Virus record (IMG/VR): IMGVR_UViG_3300046522_000748
DNA length: 64,000 bases
Reading direction: 5' to 3' (one strand)
Source: a virus
Lineage: Duplodnaviria; Heunggongvirae; Uroviricota; Caudoviricetes
This document shows positions 58,624 through 64,000 of the stretch, piece by piece (the first letter of the stretch is position 1; each line of letters starts with the position of its first letter). A model generated the notes under the pieces. It saw only the letters and a program-made list of their open reading frames with translations, searched no databases and was not told the origin of the DNA. A program made the position numbers and the translations under genes.

Positions 58624-58654
58624 AAAACCCACATGGTTCTCCATGTGGGTTTTT
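58624..58654. terminator. bidirectional terminator
   Basis: aaaacccacatgg-ttct-ccatgtgggttttt. Confidence 0.85.
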
Positions 58655-58682
58655 AGTTTCTGGTGCTGGCTGGTCGGTAAGC

Positions 58683-59057
58683 TTACGCGGCGACTGGTTC
58701 CGGCTGTTTGGCCAGTTCGCAGGCGGCTTCATACAGTCCCTCAAAATCGCCGTATTCCTGCACCATTGACGCAGGCAGCTCTTGGCCGGTAGCGAGGAGG
58801 TAGGTGTCGAGCATCGATTTGGCGCCGCCAATCTTGAACGCCATTTGATGCATAGCGCGAATGCTGGAGGCATCTTTGTGCGTTTCGAAGTTGATGATCC
58901 AGCTCAAGGTGGAGCCCAGGATGCCACGGTAACCGGCCACCAGCTTGTTGGTGGTGGTATCCATGTTCCGCATGTCGGACATGATGCGCTCGCGCAGCTC
59001 TGGAAGCGTATTGCGAATGTATTCGGCGGTCGGTGTCAGGGCTTGGCTCACGGTCAT
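58683..59057 (-). CDS. hypothetical protein
   Basis: GGAG RBS; perfect box 59102. Confidence 0.75.
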   Translation of the reverse strand: MTVSQALTPTAEYIRNTLPELRERIMSDMRNMDTTTNKLVAGYRGILGSTLSWIINFETHKDASSIRAMHQMAFKIGGAKSMLDTYLLATGQELPASMVQEYGDFEGLYEAACELAKQPEPVAA

Positions 59058-59101
59058 TCTCCATCAGGAAGTACGCAAATTATATCGGCAGTTGGCCACC
59101 A

Positions 59102-59118
59102 TGTCAATACAGATGACA
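59102..59118 (-). promoter_or_regulatory. TGTCA-N7-TGACA box / promoter
   Basis: perfect box; TTGACA-17-TATAAT. Confidence 0.85.
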
Positions 59119-59216
59119 ATTTATTATTGCCAGTTTGGTCATCTCTGTTGCTTGACCTGCCCAAGCAAAAACCCCCTGGACGAGTCCAAGGGGTTTCATG
59201 TCAACTGCGCGCGTCC

Positions 59217-59621
59217 TTACAGTTTGCTTTTCAGCTCCTGAAGCTCTTCAACCGACAGGTTGGCGAGTTTTTCGCCTTGCTTCGCCTCGATCAGTTGGTC
59301 GATCTTCTGGATCTGGGAGTTGCGTTGCACTTCAGCCGTTTTGGCTTCTTTTTCTTGCACACGGGTGTCGATGATGTGCTTCACGATGTCAAACTTCAGC
59401 TGAAGCACGGCATCCTTTTTCGGGCTGCTGACGAAGCTTTCTTCGGTGCCTTTCAGCGCCCGGTTCAGCTCGATTGCGATTTCGTCGAGGCTCAGTTTGT
59501 TCCGGTCGCTCGACAGCGGCAGTTCCCACAGATTTTCCGCAGACAGCTGGCCGATGCGCGTATCAAAACGCAGCTTACTGCGGGTGGCTTGTTCGAAGAT
59601 GTTTTTGGTTTCAGTGGTCAT
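59217..59621 (-). CDS. phage-type helical protein, partner of the 666-aa protein
   Basis: NIFEQATR.KLRF...G.LS.E.LW.LPL; GAGG RBS. Confidence 0.8.
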   Translation of the reverse strand: MTTETKNIFEQATRSKLRFDTRIGQLSAENLWELPLSSDRNKLSLDEIAIELNRALKGTEESFVSSPKKDAVLQLKFDIVKHIIDTRVQEKEAKTAEVQRNSQIQKIDQLIEAKQGEKLANLSVEELQELKSKL

Positions 59622-59661
59622 GTTGCACCTCGTTGATTTTCAGAAATTTGAGAATTTTGGT

Positions 59662-61662
59662 TTAGAACTTTACGTTCAGAACACGGTTGATCGAACCTTT
59701 CACACGCAACAGGATTTCATTACGCTTCACGACAGAGAAGCCCAGGCCGCTCAATTGGTTGTCGTTGGCCGCAACTTTCATCTGCGCCGATACCACTTCG
59801 AACACTTTGCGGTGTGGTGTCAGTTCCTCACGCAGGTATTCGTTGTAGAAACCACGAGTGCCTTCTTCGTTTGCGCAGCCCTTGAGCATAAAGAACACAT
59901 GCTCATGACCGTTGGCTTGATCATTCCAGAAGTTTGGCGAACGGGTGATCAAATCAACCGGTGTCCAGTCTTCGGTTTTGATGCCCCACTGCTCGTTAGA
60001 TGCACCACCAGCAGTCATACCTTCGACGGTGATGACTCCCGCCGCGTCAACATTGATGTAGCCAACGGTGACACGTTTGTCATTACCCAGCGCTGTCGGA
60101 TGCGCGAAGCTGTAGATTTTGCCCAACACCTCAACTTCAATATCGAAGCCGACGTTATTGGTGGAGCGCTGACACCAGTTGTGAACCTGAATTTCGTAGC
60201 GGCCTTTTTTGATGTCGCGCTGGCGAGTCCAGAAAATGTTTTCAACCGGGTCAGTCGTGTTGTGCGCGTGACCGGCGTTCATGTCCACATCGAGTTGCGC
60301 ACCGAAATTGCTGCGCTCGCGGAACCAGCAGCGGTTGCGACCATCGCTTACGCTCAGGTCGAGGTCGTCACCGTTACGCCACGACAGGGACACTCGAACA
60401 TCACCGTCAACCTTGCCGCCTGCACGCTTCACCCGCTCACGGATCGAATCGGTAACTTCACCCACATACGACCACGAAAATGCGTTATCCCATTTGAACA
60501 ACGGTTTTGCATCGGTGTGAACCGGGGCTACCAGACTCACGAAGTTGGTGCGGTGTTCGTTCTTCACAAACGCTTCAACCGTGTCCGCTTTCGGCAGCAC
60601 TTTCTGGAGGAAATCTTTGATCGAGATTTCTTCAACGTCGTTCAGAACCGGAACGGCTTTCTTGGTTGGCTTCACCGCGTCGAACGCGCCGCCCAGCAAT
60701 TTCTTTTTCACAGTGCCATCAACGAAAAGCACGTTGTTAACCGAGATGTCTTCGCGCACGGCGTAACGACGTGCCAGCGAATCTTCCAGGCCCAGTTTCT
60801 CGACCAGCTTTTGGGCTTCGTCGATCATCTTCTGGGTGACCAGTGCTTTCGAACGCTTGTAGTTGGTGCCCGAAGTTTTGTCTTCGAATTTCTTCACGGC
60901 AACTTCAAGATCAGTGCCTTCGGTAATATCCGAGAGCAGAGTGCCGATGACGGTGCCGAGAATACGGGTATTTTTCTTGCCGTTTTCCCACAGGAAGGCT
61001 TCACGCTCCTGGTCGGTTGTCAGTTTGGCGTACTGGCGCTTCAGTTTGCGCAGCAGGTCAATCGCCCACTTGTATTCTGGGCCTTTGTACAGCGAGTCCT
61101 GGTCGATCAGTTCGGCAACGATTTCGATTGCGTCGTCGCTGATTTCTGTGATCGAGCGCATCAGGCCTTGAACGTCGTTTTTACGTTCGCCGATGTAGTT
61201 GGTTTCGTTGTTTTTCCACTGGAAAATCACAGGCACTTTGGCGTGGAAGTGATTCCAGATTTCGCCTTTGGTGTTGGTTTGTTCAGCGCCGTAAGCTGGT
61301 TCGCTGACGATGAAGTGCTGTTCGATTGGCAGTGCCTTCACAAACGCCGCCATGGAATCGGCAATCGTCTGGAACAGCGCATCTGCAACAGTCACGTCCC
61401 ACACGGACAGCATTTCGCCGTTTTTCATGTACACGACGGCGCCAATGTTTTTCACGAAATTGCGGCAGCACGAGCAGTCGTATTCGGTACGGGTGCGGAA
61501 AATTGGGTTGGTGCCTTCAGGGAACGACGCAAGGTAATGCGCCCACAGTTCGTCACCGGTTGCACTCACAACGAACACGTTGTCTTTTTTGCCATCGTCT
61601 TTCTGGATGATGGAGTTGAATGCGTTGTGTACCGCTTTACCAAAAACAGAAAAATCGCTCAT
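59662..61662 (-). CDS. large phage-type protein with YfaP/DUF2135-like C-terminal domain
   Basis: N-terminal YDCSCC; RVSLSW...DLDL...LDVDMN...PVENIFW. Confidence 0.8.
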   Translation of the reverse strand: MSDFSVFGKAVHNAFNSIIQKDDGKKDNVFVVSATGDELWAHYLASFPEGTNPIFRTRTEYDCSCCRNFVKNIGAVVYMKNGEMLSVWDVTVADALFQTIADSMAAFVKALPIEQHFIVSEPAYGAEQTNTKGEIWNHFHAKVPVIFQWKNNETNYIGERKNDVQGLMRSITEISDDAIEIVAELIDQDSLYKGPEYKWAIDLLRKLKRQYAKLTTDQEREAFLWENGKKNTRILGTVIGTLLSDITEGTDLEVAVKKFEDKTSGTNYKRSKALVTQKMIDEAQKLVEKLGLEDSLARRYAVREDISVNNVLFVDGTVKKKLLGGAFDAVKPTKKAVPVLNDVEEISIKDFLQKVLPKADTVEAFVKNEHRTNFVSLVAPVHTDAKPLFKWDNAFSWSYVGEVTDSIRERVKRAGGKVDGDVRVSLSWRNGDDLDLSVSDGRNRCWFRERSNFGAQLDVDMNAGHAHNTTDPVENIFWTRQRDIKKGRYEIQVHNWCQRSTNNVGFDIEVEVLGKIYSFAHPTALGNDKRVTVGYINVDAAGVITVEGMTAGGASNEQWGIKTEDWTPVDLITRSPNFWNDQANGHEHVFFMLKGCANEEGTRGFYNEYLREELTPHRKVFEVVSAQMKVAANDNQLSGLGFSVVKRNEILLRVKGSINRVLNVKF

Positions 61663-61749
61663 TGCTTTCTCTCACTTCCGTGATAATGGAAATAACTTTA
61701 ATGGGGCTTGTTCGTATTTATGGCCATATTATACATAAGGCCAGGCGTT

Positions 61750-61766
61750 TGTCAATATAATTTACA
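61750..61766 (-). promoter_or_regulatory. box variant / promoter
   Basis: tgtca atataat ttaca; TTGACA-17-TATAAT. Confidence 0.75.
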
Positions 61767-61818
61767 GATAATCATAGTGATGTCGGGGGCTGTTTTGCCC
61801 CCTTCACCATCGAGCGGC

Positions 61819-62412
61819 TTACCAATAGGCCAGCGGGTTACGCCAGTCGGGTTTGTTTTCTTCCAGCCAAGCATCTGCTCGTGCATCGAGTACATCTGCC
61901 TGTTCGTAGTCAGTGCGCTCGCGCTTACCGATTACAATCACGCAGCTTTTATCGTGATCGACGATTTCGCACAGCACAAACTCTGGGAGATTATCGCCAG
62001 CGACAATCCGATGGCCATCCACGTCACAGGCTTGATAACGGCTGATGCCGAAACGTCGATCTATCGACACATGGGCGCTTTTATCGTAAAACGCGGCTTT
62101 GTAGAACACGCTGGCGCGGCAACGTCCCTGCTCATCATGCACGTACGACCACATCGAATGGCTAGATGGGCGCAGCGTCCAGCCTTGCGGGGGCTCAACG
62201 GATACGAACAGGTCATCCAGGTTTTCGCCGAATACGAAGCCCAACTGTTCCAGCATGTGGCGACCTGAAGGCTCATCTATCTGACGGGGAAGGCGGTCGA
62301 AGGTAAGAGTCAGTTGGCTTTGGCCCATTTTTTCTTGCTCTTCAATGCCCCCTGGAGTAATTGCCACCAGTAGGTTGTTCATCAGTAGGTTGGCCAGCGG
62401 CGTTTTATTCAT
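61819..62412 (-). CDS. phage-like hypothetical protein
   Basis: 197 aa; box variant 62478-62494. Confidence 0.75.
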   Translation of the reverse strand: MNKTPLANLLMNNLLVAITPGGIEEQEKMGQSQLTLTFDRLPRQIDEPSGRHMLEQLGFVFGENLDDLFVSVEPPQGWTLRPSSHSMWSYVHDEQGRCRASVFYKAAFYDKSAHVSIDRRFGISRYQACDVDGHRIVAGDNLPEFVLCEIVDHDKSCVIVIGKRERTDYEQADVLDARADAWLEENKPDWRNPLAYW

Positions 62413-62543
62413 TCTGATTCGGCCTCATGTCTATCAATGATTTGGATTGGGGTCATTATAGTCAATCACGAATCAAATGTCAATGTCATTTACAGGTATC
62501 CTAAAAACAAAGGAGCCTTCCTGGCTCCTTCTTTATTGGAAGA

Positions 62544-62780
62544 TTATGGGTAGGGCTTCCCTGTCACCAGGGGTCTTAGCACATTGCCCCGCTCTTCACG
62601 CAATTCTCGTGCTGGCGGCGAAGCGAGATCCTGGGGTTCGAGGTGCCCACCAAAAGGAATATTGAATGACGGCTTCGGCTGATTCTTTCGCTCAATGACC
62701 ATCACTTTTCCGTCTTTTACATAACAGATTTGGGACAGCGTTTTCAGGTCGTCAAATGCGTTAGGCAGAGTAGGTCGCAT
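62544..62780 (-). CDS. hypothetical protein
   Basis: Behind perfect box 62831. Confidence 0.55.
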   Translation of the reverse strand: MRPTLPNAFDDLKTLSQICYVKDGKVMVIERKNQPKPSFNIPFGGHLEPQDLASPPARELREERGNVLRPLVTGKPYP

Positions 62781-62830
62781 ACGGAATTCCTTTCAAGAGA
62801 TTGGTCTATTTTAACCAATCACAATCAATT

Positions 62831-62847
62831 TGTCAATTGCAGTGACA
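62831..62847 (-). promoter_or_regulatory. TGTCA-N7-TGACA box
   Basis: perfect box. Confidence 0.8.
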
Positions 62848-62848
62848 T

Positions 62849-63256
62849 TCACGACCGTGGCTTTTCGGTGATTGGGGCAACTGTTGAAATGGATCGGAAG
62901 ATCTGTGCCAAAAAGAAATCTTTGTGAGATTCAAGAATTTCCTGGCCACTCTCTCGACTGATGATTTTGAAGTAGTCGCGAGATTCCTCGGCCAGCGCAA
63001 AAGCCAGTGTGACAGACAGCTGGCCCCAGGCCAGTTCACTCAGCAATACGTGTTCAGCAAAGGGCTGGCTGTCATCAATGTCAGGGAAATTCGCAATGAT
63101 TCGCTCATCAATCCAAGCGCAAAAATCCTGAACCTCCTTGGAGTCGTGTCGATGAGCAACAAAATAGTCGTTTGTGACAAACTGGTGGAGCTGCGTTCCG
63201 AGATCTGTTTTCACTTTTTTCCATTCATTTTCGGTAAACACAATCGCTCGAAACAT
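62849..63256 (-). CDS. hypothetical protein
   Basis: 135 aa. Confidence 0.7.
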   Translation of the reverse strand: MFRAIVFTENEWKKVKTDLGTQLHQFVTNDYFVAHRHDSKEVQDFCAWIDERIIANFPDIDDSQPFAEHVLLSELAWGQLSVTLAFALAEESRDYFKIISRESGQEILESHKDFFLAQIFRSISTVAPITEKPRS

Positions 63257-63474
63257 ACAATTCGCCTTAATACAGGTGTGGTCGCCAACAATGGCTATTA
63301 ATTAATAATTATAGAAATGCAATTTAAATTGTCAATAGCAAAAACCGCGTCAACCAAAAGAAAAAACGAGACCCAGGGTCTCGTTTAGTGTCAGCTGATG
63401 CCTGACTGAATGATACTTGGTGCTTAAAACCAGACCTCATTCGGCGGTGCTCGCTCAGACCCGTAAGCTTGCGC

Positions 63475-63897
63475 TTACTCCATATTTTGCGACACCGGGG
63501 CATTGGCGGCGTCGTGTTGCTCGCTTAGTGTACCTTGAGCTGTTACAAAGCGATTCTTTTTGTAATCAAACCCAATGTACCTGTAGAAATCGAACGGCGA
63601 TGCATGAGATATGGTGCCCAGTGACTCATGTGGATCAAGTCCAATTGTCCTCCATATCTCAGCCTCTCTATTGTAGCTCTCCATGATTCGAACATCGAAA
63701 TGCATCGGCATGGGCGTGTAATAGCCATGTTTGTCTTGGTAGGCGCCGAACCGCTTCAATGCGCGCTGTTTGAAAGCATTCATGGATTTGTGTTGAATGT
63801 AAAATCCAGATTCTCTGGGTGCAGGGAGATGGACATGATGAAGGGCAAACTCTTTGCCGTTTCGCTCTTCAATCACCATCATGTCAAATCGTCCCAT
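63475..63897 (-). CDS. hypothetical protein
   Basis: 140 aa, GGAG RBS. Confidence 0.7.
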   Translation of the reverse strand: MGRFDMMVIEERNGKEFALHHVHLPAPRESGFYIQHKSMNAFKQRALKRFGAYQDKHGYYTPMPMHFDVRIMESYNREAEIWRTIGLDPHESLGTISHASPFDFYRYIGFDYKKNRFVTAQGTLSEQHDAANAPVSQNME

Positions 63898-64000
63898 GGT
63901 TACTCCGCACTGGCCGCATTTTTTTCGATTACGTCCCTGCCAGCAATTTCAGCCTCCACCGCAGCCACCTTCTCTTTGAGTCGATTGGCGGCAAAATCTC

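Noticed and set aside
59446-61683. 745-aa plus-strand ORF
   Set aside because: Antisense shadow of the codon-biased 666-aa gene; no RBS or promoter and an unnatural sequence
2166-62847. Box as CRP/Vfr, FNR/Anr or LexA site
   Set aside because: Those are TGTGA-N6-TCACA, TTGAT-N4-ATCAA and CTGT-N8-ACAG; half-site and spacing differ
2166-62847. Box as merely back-to-back -35 elements
   Set aside because: The second half usually reads ATGACA/GTGACA/CTGAC and faces the 3' end of a gene with no matching -10, yet the 7-bp spacing is fixed
1-64000. Integron cassette array or IS elements
   Set aside because: No attC-type GTTRRRY hairpins, integrase or transposase recognised

Overview
A gene-dense 64 kb segment of a large accessory replicon, most likely a Pseudomonas megaplasmid or large phage-like element. 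The SSB C-terminus, sohB and a PtrA-type peptide look Pseudomonas-like; no housekeeping operons, phage structural genes, conjugation genes or integrase are visible. It carries about 110 mostly small, mostly minus-strand hypothetical genes. Recognisable ones are an orphan HipA kinase, DUF1963, DUF2726, two ADP-ribosyltransferase-fold proteins, SohB, a NUDIX-like protein, initiator tRNA-Met, an orphan amino-methyltransferase, an orphan Panacea antitoxin, SSB and an HNH nuclease. The most striking structure is non-coding: the palindrome TGTCA-N7-TGACA occurs 15 times perfectly and about 17 times with 1-3 mismatches, nearly always with one half forming the -35 of a sigma70 promoter about 17 bp from a -10. 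This looks like one large regulon of single-gene or short-operon cassettes. Other highlights: (i) a coiled-coil gene followed by a ~250 nt structured, possibly pseudoknotted RNA; (ii) four paralogous HxD...H metallo-oxygenase-like genes, one pair co-transcribed with an ART-fold gene; (iii) several other expanded paralog families; (iv) a phased ATGTCCG site next to the HNH gene. All family assignments come from motif recognition by eye, not database searches, and several starts were moved from the ORF track using promoter/RBS positions.
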